Numbered from the stretch's first letter, positions 12,601 through 25,438 are shown. The stretch: DNA of 64,000 nucleotides from Anolis carolinensis (GCF_035594765.1 NC_085846.1:12077190-12141189); one strand, 5' to 3'. Numbers and translations: made by a program. Notes: generated from the sequence alone by a model not told the origin.

Positions 12601-15600
12601 TAGCTTATGTTGAATTAAGATATGAGAGAAGAAGATCCTCTAAGGAAGGACATCTCATTGCCCGGTTTTGGAGATTTCGCTCTTATTTTTGTATAGAACC
12701 AAATATGTGTAAATAACTTAATGTCTCATTTTTTAATGTACTAAGACAGCATGATCAGCCAAGATGACTTCCACAGAAAATGATGGGTGGCAGTTCGCCT
12801 ACCAGAAAATCTTGTAGGTCTACAGCTTTGTTGAGTGATACGTCACATTATTACAACCAGAGATTACCAGTTATCCACCACAGATCCTGTTACTAAGTAT
12901 ACATACCAAGCTTTCACGTGTTCAGATGAAAATGTAGTCATGATTCACCAACACTTTGGTCCTTTTTTGTGCTTGACTTTCTAGTAAGATGTTTCCTCTG
13001 CTTATACTGTACAAGAAAGAAGACTAGGGGTTCATATACACTAGAATTCATTCAATATGGAATCGTGGCAGTTGTAGTTTTAGGGTTTTAGCCTTCTCTG
13101 CCAGATAGTGCTGGTGTCTGATAAGACCTCAACTCTCGTGACTCCATAGTATTGAGTCATGGCAGTTAAAGTGGCGTCAAACTTCATCAACTCTACGGTT
13201 CTTTGATAGTTGCTTAAGAAATTCTCTTAAGTTAAAGAACAGAATAAATGTGTTTGTAAGGTGATGCAAATAAGAGGAACGGTTTATTTCTTTCTATCCT
13301 TTCCTGCTCTATGGCTATATGTGAACAGTACATGTTGGTATGAGCGCATCTGATCTCCTTCCAAATATCTCATTCACAGAAGGGTGATGATTCGGACAGT
13401 GAAAATGCCGAGCTTGAGGCTTTGGTCACACGAGGATCAGGGAAATCCAATGACCTTTTGGATCCTACTGATGAATTCTTCCAGACGGTACTGTGACTTT
13501 TCTGAACATTTGAGAAGTTGACTGCGCTCTTGTTTTCTGTGTTTCTGTGTATGTGTTGTGTATGACCACCAGTATAACAGGATTTACTTTTGCCTATTCC
13601 TCAAATTCCTCAGTGACCTTTGTCTTTTTCTCTTATCCTGTTATCATGAGATACAATTATCTGATCTACACTGAAACTGCAAGAAGCATAGGCAGGTAGA
13701 AAGAGCCTTATTTGTTCCTTGGCTGTCAAACGTTCTTGCCTATGATTTTTTCCTGGAGTTCACTTGTTACCTTTCAAGTACCAAGAAAAAAAAGTTTGTT
13801 TTTTCCTTCATTTTAATAATAATATCCTATCCAAAATTAGTCTTGCAGTAATTAGATATTATGCTTTTACTTACGGTGCAGTTTTAGTTTTGACTATGTT
13901 TTAATAATACATACTGCACTTGAGTAGTGTATGAGTGGGAGGGGTGAATCGTCTGACCTGCTTTTGGAGTTTTTTGAAACAGACAGATTTTGTTTTTGTT
14001 CATGACATAATTTAGTTTAGACATGTTGCTGTGATGATAGTTTTTCATCATTAGCAGTGAAAGAAGTATGGCTTTCCAAAAGCAGAGAAAACTCTTAGCT
14101 GGTACATTTCTTCGTTGCAGTAGTCTCAGCACCTCCAGCAATAGAAAGCAAGTGTGTTTAGTGCATTTTTATCTGGGGATGCAATGGATGGCCACTCTCA
14201 AAAAGAGAACTTTGGAAGAGAAGAAGAAAAGATTATCACTATATAATTGAAAAATCCTTAGAAATTCAAAGTGAGGATTAAGATGATAGATTTCTGACTT
14301 ACCCGTCTCCTTTTCAGACACGTGGCATTCGTGAAGCCTTAAGGACTCTGGAAAATAAAGTGAAAGAGCTAGAGAAAAAGCAGACCACAATTTTGGCCAC
14401 GCCGCTCCCAGAAGATAGTAAGTTAATGTAAATGGAGATGTCTGATTAATAAAACAGTGGAGACCGTGATCTTATTTATTTTATGTCAAATTTATATATT
14501 TCGTGTCAAAAGCATTGCATAATAAATAAGTTTAAAAGTGATGAAATAAAGGAATCACAAGCAGCTAAATAGTTTTAGACCAAAAGCGGGCAACAGTAAC
14601 TGCATTGTCCGTAGCTTTAAACAACTCCTTCTCAGTACAGGAAGCAGGACATTGTGGGCAAGCATACATATGCGGAGTTGTTTGTTCTGCTCCACAGTCA
14701 CACAAGGTGGAGGGTTCCTCCAGGTAGTGCCATCTTGCCAAGTTGTCTATTGATCTTCCCACTCTGCTTCTGAATCTATTTAGGGACTTCCAAGTTGCCC
14801 GTTCTTGGTTTGCCCCTGAAGGAAGACCCTCATGGGAGGCCATCCAGTTGGAATTGCCTGGTTTAGCTGCCCAGAGGGATACTCTTGCTATTGCTGGAGG
14901 AACATCAAGAGGAGTGGTGGTTCTCATGAAGCTTTTCCTTGATTTGAGTCTACTGGGAGGAGGCTGATAGTCATGCAGTGAATGGCTTTCTCAATGTTCG
15001 ACCTTATTTCTCTCACAGTTAGCAGCAACTTCCCATTGCACATCGGGGGGCGGGGGGGGGGGGGGAATGCCGGCTAACTTGTGTAGGTTTAAGACCTTAT
15101 AAAGATCTTCAGAAGGTAGTGGACAGAGATGGCTTGGGGAAGAGTGAGATTTTAGGGCAGAGTTAAGTGGTACTTAAATGTTGTAATAACAGTGCAGAAT
15201 TAGAATTACTTTGATGCTAGGGCTGCAGAGTCCATTCTTGTTTTATTCTTTATATTTTCTGAAAATGCTAAAGTGGTGTATGCAAAATTCCCACGTAGTT
15301 CCCCATCCATATACTGAGCAGTCCAAGACCAACTTCGGCAAGTTGGCAATATTATGTTCCTTCAGATCAGACCCTGGGCTGTACCAAGTGATACTTGCCA
15401 TTAATGGACATGGCAACACAGGTGATGTAAATACGCTAAAGATGAGGAGATAAGAATAGAGACGTATTGGTCTACATGTTAAAAGTGTAGTTCAAGTAGG
15501 AATCAAGAGTTGAAGTGACAGGTACAGACTATATAGGAAATTGTGAGCTTTAGAGAAGAATTTGAAGGGGCCAGGGAGATAAGATTCAGTGTACATATTC

Positions 15601-17860
15601 TGGAAAGGAGGCTCACAGAAAGGGGCCAGCAAGGGAAAATATATGGCATCATCTAAGAAAACAAGATATCTTCAATCAAATGAGGGTGGAAGTTGAGAAG
15701 TGGAGGTCATTCTGGTTGGAATACCACAAGCAACATTAAAGGAGAATGAGTCAAGGCTATAAATATCTTGAAAAGTGAAAACCAGGTGCTTGTGCTGCAT
15801 ATGAAAGCAACTTGGAAGATAGGGAAAGAATCTAAAATCAGACATCTACTTCTTTAGAACAGCAGATGCATAATTTTGACAATGGACTTTTGAAGAGATT
15901 TCCTGAGATACTAGGGAGGAGATGTTGCAGCAGTTTAGGTGGAAGGTGATTAATGGTGCATACAACATGGAATTAATGCAGGTTAACAACACTTTACTGC
16001 CATGCCTTGGTGCTATGGAATCCTGGGAGTTTGGTTTGATAAGGCACTAGCACTTTTTGGCAAATAAAAACAACCCTGAATTCCATAGCATGGAACCATA
16101 GCAATTAAAGTGGTGTCAAATTGCATTACTTACAGTGTAAATGCACCCTAGGTTTGAGACAAGATAATTGGGTAGAACTGACCTATTTTTATGCAGAAAT
16201 AAATGCTGCGACTAGGCCAGTGGATTCTAGGAAAGGAGCAAATTTTGTCACTTGATAGAAGGGCAAACAACCATCATTACCTCACCATATGGTTTGCAGA
16301 ACATGTTTGTGGGAAAGAAGCACATACATGCATATAAATACACATGTGCATTTTGTTAAGTTAGTCCATGCAAAAGTCATCTAATCCTCTTTCATCCCAG
16401 TAACAGTTGTTAAATTTTTGCCCTCCTTCTTTTCCAGGCATGAAACAAAGCCTACAAACACTTCGTGATGAGATCAAGGAATTGTCAAAAGACATCCGAA
16501 CCCGTCTAAAGAGTGAGTGTGGGTGAAGGATGTGACTTTAGTGTACATAAAGAGAAGGGGATGCCTATCAGACCTCTTTTTTTCTGCCCGCATCTTAGAG
16601 AGGGGTGCTTAGTGGTTTCTGTCTCCTTGTCTAGGAGAGAAATTTAATTATATCTTTTTAAAAATTAAAATGTAGAAATTGAACCTAAGAAAGACGAGGA
16701 AGATGAGAACAGAAACTCTGTCAACACCCGCATGAAGAGAACCCAGGTGAGAGGCAGTCTTGCCAACTAGTTTCATAGAGGTCTGGGAAGAAATCAGGAG
16801 AGATTTTCTTAACCCCTTCTTTCCATCTTTATTTCAGCATGGCATCCTATCTCAGCAGTTCTTGGATCTAATCAATAAGTGCAACTCCATACAATCTGAG
16901 TACCGGGACCGGAATCTGGAGCGCATCAAGCGACAACTGCAGATAAGTGAGTGTCTAGGACCCACCGTAATCCTATTAACTTAGCCACAGTGCTACAATT
17001 TGGAGGTAGCTGTATAGAATTACACATAATATTGTGTTTAAATATGCTCTCTGGGACCCATTTGGTCCTTGCCTCTCTCACATCATACTGGACATTTGGC
17101 AGAACTATCTGGAGTTTTTTAATAACACAAATTTCTAATACTATGAATGAAATTGGAAAATGTAAGCTATTTGTGGTGGCTTTCAGGGCTTCCAGTTATT
17201 TTTTTGACATATTTATCTCCATGACTTGCAGAAACTGAAAACAATTTGCAAAATAATTTCATTTGCATAATAAGCAGTAAAATCCGATTTTTCACAAAGT
17301 AGAAAATAGTAATGTTCTACTTTGAGTTTTCTTTTTCTTTTTAAAAAACCAAAACAATAGTGTAAGTACTGGACTCTGGGAGCTACCATCCTATCCACAC
17401 TCTCTGGTGAGAAACAAAACTGAGAATATGCTTACAGCAGTTCCTAGATTCTTGATGTTTTCTGAGTTTGCCTCTCTAATTCTTGCTAATTCTATCTGCG
17501 TGAGACTTTCTGTTTTCTATATATTGGAATATTGGTGCATGGCATAAGATTGGCCGTTAGCTCATCACAACCTGAGCTGCATATTGGTCCTTAGCATGTG
17601 GACTCATTGCCTAGGCTTAGCTATGTTTTCCTGCCTTTCTTCAAATTTCTAAATTTTAATAGAGTACAAATGACAAGAGAATGCTGCAAACGTTTCCAAA
17701 TGCAAGGAAACCTGAAACTTTTGTAGGGTTTCCAAGGAGGATAATTGGCACATTTCCCCCTTTTTGTAAGTAGTTTCATTTTTGTGGTGCACAAATATGG
17801 GGAAGTAAAGTTGCCTCTCTGTTGAGAGCACAGTTTGAGGTGTGAATCAAGAAAGCATGA

Positions 17861-17905
<45 letters not shown>

Positions 17906-20900
17906 GTAGAACATCTCAAATCCCATGAATTAATGAGTTGACATCTTAAGGTTGGCTGCATTTCAGCAGAAAGAAACCTCCCTAAGGCCCCCTTGCAGAA
18001 ATTTCAAATAATTTCTGGTGTGAAAAGCTTGGTACAATGTTGCCTCTAAATCCCCCCTCCCTTCGCTGTTTTCATATCTTGGAAGCACTTTTTTGCTCCA
18101 CCTCTGAATGTGCAGTTTTATAAAAAGCCTCAGTGACGTGCAGGTACTTGTACACTGGCCAAGTCATCTTCCTGTGGAGATGGATAGAGGCTGCCTGTTG
18201 TCTTCTGAAGGAGGATGACCTTGAAAGCCAGGAAGGTAAGCTGCACAGACCTGCTTGTCTCAGGGCTTCACTGCCAGAGGCAAGGAGGAAGGTTTTGCAA
18301 TTCTTTTTAGATAGCATAGCCATTCAAAATCATTTAAAACAAGCCATTGCTGAAATTCCTGATGAGCTGATTCTTCTCCAACTGCAAGTGAAGATGGTTT
18401 GTCTTCATGTCTCAGTGAAAATAAATATCAGGAGAGACCCATCAATGTGGCTGCTCCATCCAAATTCCAAATCAATTTGAAAGACTAAAGGATACAAGTT
18501 TTGGATAGTATTGAAAGAGAAGTAAGGTCAGCTCTAAGGGGTCCCTCCTAGAATCCTATGTTTGGAAAAGATCTGAAAGGCCATCCAATCCAACCCCATT
18601 CTGCCATGCAAAAACATGTAATCAAAGAACCCTTGACAGATGGCCATCTAGTCTCTACTTAAAAACCTCAAGAGAAGGAGAGACCACCACATTTTGAGGT
18701 AGCTTGACCATATGCTCTTACCGTCAGTGCACATGGTCAGCTCCTTTAGTATTCTTTAAAACATTTTGATTATATTTTAAAGTATTTTTACCAAAATCAG
18801 AATAATAGGAAAGAAGGAAAAAAGGGAAATGTATCACATATGACAGGAGCCCCGGTGGCAAAGTGCGTTAAAGCACTGAGCTGCAGACCGAAAGGTCCCA
18901 GGTTCAAGCCCCGGGAGTGGCGTGAGCGGCCGCTGTTAGCTCCAGCTTCTGCCAGCCTAGCAGTTCGAAAACATGCGAATGTGAGTAGATCGATAGGTAC
19001 CGCTCTGGCGGGAAGGTAACGGCACTCCATGCAGTCATGCCAGCCACATGACCTTGGAGGTGTCTACAGACAACGCTGGCTCTTTGGCTTAGAAATGGAG
19101 ATGAGCACCACACCCCAGAGCCAGACATGACTGGACTTAACGTCAGGGGAAAACCTTTACCTTTTTATTACATATGATATGAACAAGGCTTAAACATACA
19201 CATAGACAAAAGCTGACCATATTTCTCGTCCTCTTTTTCATGCAACAAGCCTTTAAAGGGACTATGGTGCCAGCAGAGAATAACATGGGTTTAAAAAAAA
19301 AAAATTCCCGTGCAGGCTATGGGTTCTGTTTTGACAAGTGTGGAGCAACTGGTGCTTTAGAATAAGAGACATCAATATTTTGGGTTCTGCTCTCAATTCC
19401 AGGATAGGTCTGATACTATTAGGGTTTTTGTAACCAAGCCAAAAGCAAGAGAATCTGGATTATTTCTCAATTGTGATGAGAACATAAGACCTATTTGATG
19501 CTGAGATTATATTCTTGATTCTTCATCAGCGGACAACAGGGTGGTGTCAGATGAAGAGCTTGACCAGATGCTGGAGAGTGGCCAGACGGAGGTGTTTGTC
19601 TCCAATGTGAGTACCAAAAAGTGTGGGGCTTTTGGAAGTTGTGACATTCATGAGTTGTGGGATGCTTCACCTCCTGTCTCTTGTTCACACAGATCATGAA
19701 GGACACACAGGTGACAAAGCAGGCCCTGAATGAAATTGAGACGCGGCACAGTGAGATCCTTAAGCTTGAGCGCAGCATCCAGGAGCTACATGAAATGTTC
19801 ATGTACTTGGCCACAGAAGTGGAACTGCAGGTATGATTTGGGGGGACGAGACAAAGGGGATTACGAACATAGGAACCTGGTCGAACGATTGAGATTAGTA
19901 TTACATACTGTAATAGATAGCAGATCTCTAGGCTTCCAGGCCAGGGTCTTTCCCAGCCTTACCTGAAAATGCTGGGGATTGAGCCCAAGAACTTTTTGCA
20001 TGCAAAACTGCTTCCCCTCACTCCCTTATTGATAAGAAAGGGCCAGCTTGACACCCCCCCCCCTTTTTTTTTTAATCCCTGGGTGTATCTACAGTGCATC
20101 CTCATCTTGAAACAATGTTAGAATTAATGCACAACAGAAAAACAAGATACAACCCAAAATCAATTTAATTAGAATCATAGAGTTTGAAGAGGGCCATCTA
20201 GTCCAACCTACTGCCATGCAGAAAAAGCACATTGAAAGTACTCCTGACAGATGGCCACCCAGCCTCTGTTTACTTTTTATATTGTTTCAAGATGTGGGTT
20301 ATCTATAATGAAAACTGCTTATTATAATACTTTGCCAAGTTTTCCAGTCAGTGTTTTGTGAATCTGGTGTAGGGTGCATTGGCACTGTAAAATGAAAGCA
20401 GTTTGACAACACTTTGATTATCAAGGCTCAATGCTATGGAATCATGACTTTCTTAATTTTATGACGCCTTAGCCTGCTCTGCCAAAGAGTATTAGTGGCT
20501 CACAAAACTACACATCGCAGGATTTCATAGCATTGCATCATAGCAGTAAAAGATGTGTCAAACTGCATTAATTCTACAGTGTACATGCACTCTCAGCTTT
20601 GGTCAGCCTCCTTCTTGTATCACTTACTACAGCTGCCTACTGACTTCTGTATACTGTATTTCCTTGGCATTTCTTATTAATAGTAATGGAGGAGAGACTC
20701 TTCTTCCATATTGGAGTCAGTAGAATACAAGAAGCTCATATTTACTATGGAGCTATTGCGCATGGGTAATCTTTGTTTTCTCCTATTCTGTATTCAGTTC
20801 ATGATTTGTTTCATTTTGTTGTCTCTCTTCACCCAAATGTCCCCACACAGACCCAACAACCCTGTCTCCTTCCTGCCTGTGGTGGAGCCTCTTATTCCTC

Positions 20901-21624
20901 ATTTCTTTCCCTGGCCCTTCTGTTCTTGCTCCAGAGTTAGTTGTGAATTCCTCCCACCACAGTTAATCTTAGAAGTTTCTCCTTACCTCAACTTCACCCC
21001 GTCCCTTTCCCTGCTTGTAGGGAGAAATGATTGACAGAATAGAGAAGAATATCCTCGATTCGGGGGACTATGTCAAGAAAGGGCAGGTGCATCTCCAAAA
21101 GGCCCAGGAGAACCAGAAGAAAGCTCGCAGAGTAAGTTACTGGAATGAGATGCAGACTGCTTCTTCCTTAGATTGAAAGAGATGTTATTTGCATTGTGTT
21201 TGCCGAGAGTTGTGTCATATAAATGTGTTACTCAGTATCCTGAAAATTTATGCTAAATGTGGAACAACTTTTATGCCATTTCTATTCCATTGAGATATTT
21301 GAGATGATGGGGATAGTACTTGATGGAGTAATACAGATGCTGGTGGGAATAGTGTTGCCCATGACTTCCAGAGGTTAAAGCGTTGCATTGGTTTCCATAG
21401 CTTCTTATTCTCACCCCCCCCCCCTTCCCACTAGCTAGCAGAAAAAGAAAAAAAAATCTAGCAAGGGCTAAAAGTTCTACTTAGATCACCCGCCTGTCCT
21501 AACACTTTGTTTGCGTGTTCTATGTTTTGTGGCTCTGCAGAAGAAGTTCATGATTGCCATCTGTCTGACGATCACACTAGCTATCATCATCACCATCGTT
21601 GGCGTATTGATTGCGGTTGGCTAG
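6856..21624 (+). CDS. STX4: Syntaxin-4 (Qa-SNARE), 10 coding exons: 6856-6885, 13383(or 13380)-13487, 14318-14417, 16438-16512, 16676-16746, 16838-16946, 19530-19606, 19693-19830, 21021-21131, 21541-21624; about 299-300 aa
   Basis: N-peptide [10 protein letters not shown] (human [10 protein letters not shown]), Habc ...[73 protein letters not shown]-terminal [29 protein letters not shown]. All introns are GT-AG with compatible phases. Confidence 0.96.
7430..7735 (+). mobile_element. Sauria SINE
   Basis: GGTAAAGG...GTGCTCATCTCCATTTCT...CCAAGGTCATGTGGC...GCAGAAGCTGGGGCTAAC consensus; orientation convention uncertain. Confidence 0.8.
8100..8730 (+). mobile_element. L2-type LINE 3' fragment inserted in the RPL13 pseudogene
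   Basis: [14 protein letters not shown]...LKTWLF motif and GTAAGCTGCCCCGAGTCCC...AATAAAG tail. Confidence 0.7.
8731..9145 (-). mobile_element. R4/Dong-type non-LTR retrotransposon 3' fragment
   Basis: IYVAIPGD...[17 protein letters not shown]...[11 protein letters not shown]...[12 protein letters not shown] restriction-like endonuclease motif, next to a (TTA)n/(TCA)n microsatellite; a small related piece lies at about 43065-43210. Confidence 0.75.
9925..10165. mobile_element. SINE-like lizard repeat
   Basis: CCAGTTGCTTCTGGTGTGAGAGAATTGGCCGTC... with a terminus resembling that of the Sauria SINEs (GGTTTAACCTATTGTGCCAC). Confidence 0.55.
10311..10432. mobile_element. Palindromic MITE
   Basis: TATCCCAGGATCTGATCCCAGGTTTTCTG ... 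CAGAAAACCTGATATCAGGTCCTGGGATA inverted arms. Confidence 0.6.
13383..13487 (+). CDS. STX4: STX4 coding exon 2 ([35 protein letters not shown])
   Basis: cacagaag| tandem acceptor and |gtactg donor; resembles human GDDSSDEED...DEEFFHK. Confidence 0.9.
14318..14417 (+). CDS. STX4: STX4 coding exon 3
   Basis: ttttcag|[33 protein letters not shown]|gtaagt. Confidence 0.95.
14490..15110 (-). mobile_element. Vingi/Ingi-like LINE 3' fragment
   Basis: [14 protein letters not shown]...[17 protein letters not shown]-terminal Cys/His motif in ORF 14565-14927. Confidence 0.7.
16438..16512 (+). CDS. STX4: STX4 coding exon 4
   Basis: tttccag|(S)[24 protein letters not shown]|gtgagt. Confidence 0.95.
16676..16746 (+). 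CDS. STX4: STX4 coding exon 5
   Basis: tgtag|(K)[23 protein letters not shown]|gtgaga. Confidence 0.92.
16838..16946 (+). CDS. STX4: STX4 coding exon 6
   Basis: atttcag|[36 protein letters not shown]|gtgagt. Confidence 0.95.
18846..19165 (-). mobile_element. Sauria SINE
   Basis: Reverse complement of the 7430-7735 element. Confidence 0.82.
19530..19606 (+). CDS. STX4: STX4 coding exon 7
   Basis: catcag|(T)[25 protein letters not shown]|gtgagt. Confidence 0.95.
19693..19830 (+). CDS. STX4: STX4 coding exon 8 (SNARE motif)
   Basis: cacacag|[46 protein letters not shown]|gtatga. Confidence 0.96.
20370..20592. mobile_element. Palindromic MITE family (GGTGCAT...CTACAGTGT.ATGCAC)
   Basis: Inverted arms; further copies at about 7290-7425, 13030-13200, 15955-16150, 27050-27262 (perforin intron), 29030-29295, and split at 30500-30580 + 31726-31853. 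Confidence 0.7.
21021..21131 (+). CDS. STX4: STX4 coding exon 9
   Basis: cttgtag|[37 protein letters not shown]|gtaagt. Confidence 0.96.
21541..21624 (+). CDS. STX4: STX4 coding exon 10 (TM anchor, stop)
   Basis: ctgcag|[30 protein letters not shown]. Confidence 0.95.
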   Translation, partial: KKFMIAICLTITLAIIITIVGVLIAVG

Positions 21625-23868
21625 ATGGGGCTTACAGAGTTGTCTCTCCCTTCATGCTGCATTGTTGGAGCCTGATGGTACGTATGGATAAGGGAAGGGT
21701 GGGGGAGCAAAGAGATAGGTCTGGATCAGGCTTAGTCCACTAAGGGGAAGGCTCAGTAGAAATCTGGTAACCAGGCAAGCTGGGGGTTTGTGGAGTTTTT
21801 CCTCTGAAGTGCTTCACCTAAGCAGTGGGGAAGTGTAAGTGGGAATCCAGATTTTACTAAAGGATGCATTGTACTGATTCTGCAACAGCTCTCAGCTCCT
21901 GCTATACCAGAGTAGATAATTATTTGAAATTAGTGGTCCACTTTGCCCTCCAGGAGAGTTTTGAGGGTCACATTCCTGGTGTGCTTCAAAGTAAAAACAA
22001 AGTAAAGTGTCTGTTTTGCCCCCAGATGCTTTCTATGAGATCTGGGAGACATTTTGCCTCATATTTGCACCCCTTTTTAGGCCCAAGAGAGGCCTCATTT
22101 TACAATGGGAAGTGAATATGAAGTCACTGTTTCTTTCCCAAAAAACTTCTCCCGGGTTTAAAATGTACCACAGACATGGGAGTATTATGCTTCCTGAGGG
22201 AATTCATGCGTGTATGGAGGCAAAAACATTGAAAAACATTTTGAGCCCTTGGGATCCCCAAATGATCCTGGGGGAGTCGCTGCTCCTGTGCTTTACAGAG
22301 TAAGGCTTAATAAATTTTAGCTGTTTCTGATGTTACAAACAGCCAAAGATTATCCCTTAAACAAGTCAGGCGTCTTCAGGTACCTTTTGTAAGGATACTG
22401 AAGATTTTTTTAAATTGTTGATTGAGTTACAATGCAAATTAGATAGTACTGATGGAGATTTGCTTAGATGTGGCTCCTTGATTGAGTTGAAACACTTTCG
22501 GAACCTGGCCTTTTTAAGTTCTGGATTTTTTTCTCCCCAGGCTTCCTCTCTGGCTTAATCTCCATTCTGGAACTGCAGCCCCCTGATAGAGAGCAATTGC
22601 ACTGAACAATGGCTGGTGGAGATGTCACCTGCTCTTTTCCAGTCGTGAAACCACATGCTGCCTGTGGCTGCCTCCTTTCTATTGGCCACGAAGTCCCTCC
22701 TTCCCTTTCCCTACATCCAGAGCCGCCTGTAACTAAAAATCTAGAGCAAGGCCATTGCCCTCTGAGCTTTTGGCCTTCCTAAGTGTGTGGTCATTTTTGC
22801 TGGTTTGTAACATTATTGGATGCTTGTGTATTCCTCCCCTAATACATTCTGTGACTTTTTCATCTGCATGAAAATGGATATTTCCTGTTCGGGCCATTTC
22901 ATTTAAAGATTTTTCATCTTTTTTCCTTCATGTTAATTCAAGGCTGTTTTTCATCTTGAGCAAACCCAGATCTCCCTTCCTGACCATGGTGGCTGTTGTA
23001 TTAATTTTTTATCAATACTTCAGGCAACTTCTTCTCCTGCTATATTTCTTTATCGCATTTCCCTTTCACGTGATATCACTTTCAACATGGAATGTTGAAG
23101 GTCTTTATTAGGGAGCAAACACCCAGGTGAATATTTTTCAGAACTTGATTAGTGAGATCTTTACCATTTTCACTCAGCTGTGAAGAAGGCAGATGGGAGC
23201 TGAATCTGATTTTTCTCACCCTAATGCCTTCTTCCAGAGTTAGTTTATTGGGATTTTGAAGGAGTCCTTGGCTTCCATCAATAGCTCTTAACAGATATTG
23301 GATCTGTTGTGATTGAGACAGTTTTTGCCAAGCTGTATTGTACTGCCTTTTGGTGTTCTCATGTCGTATGTGCCTTAGGAATTGTAAATCCCCACCCTTT
23401 CATGAGACTATTTATTATCATGGTCTTCTGGATCTCTCCCCCTCCCCTTACAATGAATGGATGGATATCTCAGTGCCAACCTGAAAAGGATTCAGACAAA
23501 GCTGCATGAATTTCATTGCTCCCTTCTCACAGAACCTGAATGCAGACTTTGGATGGGTTGGTTTGAAAGTAGGTCCAAAGGACTAAATGGAATTATGGTT
23601 TTAAGGGAGGTGGTGATATTGAGCTACTCAGTGCACTACTGTCTGCAGTGCTTAACTGAATTGGGTAAGGAAATCATGGAGGAAATGGAACCCAGGAGCT
23701 TTGTTCCTGAAAATGGAACCCAGGAGCCTTGTTCCTGAAAATCTAATATTTTACTACTTTGAAAACGACTTGTATAAATCAGAGCTTTGAGCAAAGTGTT
23801 CCAGTTGCCTTGGAGATTGAATGTATTGAAAGAAAAGCAGCCTGACTCAAATTATTTTGTAATATAAA

Positions 23869-23874
23869 AATAAA
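23869..23874 (+). terminator. Candidate STX4 polyadenylation signal AATAAA
   Basis: AATAAA about 2.2 kb downstream of the stop, preceded by TGTA elements. Confidence 0.5.
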
Positions 23875-25438
23875 AGCACTTTTTAAGAAAAGCAATCTGC
23901 AATGCAGTGATCTCTTTGTTGCCCAGAATACTCTTTGCCATTGTACTGTCAGCCCTGAAAACTTTCAGTTGAAACCAGAAGGCAGGAGGTGGTGAGGCTA
24001 CTTTGTGATGAGGGAGGCTTAACATCTTCTTGGTTTGAGGCCTGATGCAAGTCAACCTTAGTTTAGTACATCTGGTAAGCTTCTTCGATTACAAATATTT
24101 TCCCTACTCAAAATAGAAACTGTAGTTTCAAAACTGCATGATTATTTCCCCCTGCCCTCTCATTCTTTCTCTTTGGGGTGATATCTTTGTGTGAGAACTT
24201 TATTCTCAACGGAAGATCCTATCTCAAATGACATTTTTTGAAAGTTATCAAGGTCTCAATTTCTTCTTAAACAAAATTTCCAAAGGTGTATAAATCTGAA
24301 TGCCTAATCCCAGCATAGCAAGAGAGACGTTTTACAGGATACCTGGTTCACTCGGCTGGGCTCTGTGTGATGAATGTAAACAGAAGGTAGATATTGCTTG
24401 ATGAAATTTGTGAAGAAACTACAGTTGTACCTTGGAATAGGCAAATATCTCCTTAGTTTTCCATACTCATTCTGGCAAACACCTGTAAGTATTTTTGCTG
24501 CAGAGAAAAGCCAGCTTTGCAGTTAGATTAGGCTCTAAGACTTCATATCTGGGGAATAGATGGGATCAAAGGATAGATTCAGATGGGAGGTCTGTGCTAA
24601 AAGTAAAAAAAAAACTTAATCACCACATAAGAGCTGCAGTATTTTTCTGCTGACTACTGAACAACATGCATCTCTTCTTTTCAATGCCTGAAGGTCTATT
24701 AAATTAAAAGAAAACATGACCGAACTCAAAATTATTTGTGTAACTAGTTGCTTTTTGTAGTTTATAACTGACCACTAGATATGAGATCTGTCCAGAAAAG
24801 AAAGCGAAACTATGGGTTCTCTTCTTTGGTCTGTTTCTCTTGCTTCTGTTTTAAAGTTTGAGGGAAAGGTGGTTTCTACCACTGTTTTATCTGACCCATG
24901 GTTTTCTATCTCTACTTCCTGTTTGATCTTGTCTTACAGGAAAAACACAAGGGTCAGAACTGTAATGTAGGCTGTGTGGTCTCAATTTGACACTTGTGGC
25001 TGAAAATTACTGTACCAAATATTTGGAGGTGTAATAAGCAGTTTCTGTTCGAAATGAATATCCCAGCGTTCACAACTAACATTCAGAGACCAAAGGTCTC
25101 CTGCTCCTGGGACTCAAAGAAACACTTGCATAGCCATGTCCGTGAAGGATGGAGGGGAGACAAAGAATTGGAAAAGCATCTAGTGGACTGGGACATAGTC
25201 ATAGATCATCTAGCCATACAACTGTCATGGAAGCTACAATAATTCCATGGGAATCCCAAGATATAGTGAATTGCTGCTTTAAAATAAGACGTGTATATTC
25301 TCCCACATTAATATTTTTTGTTCACTTCTTGCCTAGTCACACTCTGAAGTTGCTTGGTCACACATGTCCTGGTTTTCATGGCATTTACACTCTGCGTAAA
25401 AATGTTTTGAATTTCAATACCAACTGTCAATATTCACT

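Noticed and set aside
18133-18240. Possible cassette exon in STX4 intron 6 (strong donor AAG|GTAAGC)
   Set aside because: No convincing acceptor and no syntaxin similarity; the protein is complete without it.
23683-23742. Short tandem duplications (28 bp here; 25 bp at about 40201-40250; 14 bp at about 63031-63060)
   Set aside because: Ordinary slippage duplications with no evident function.
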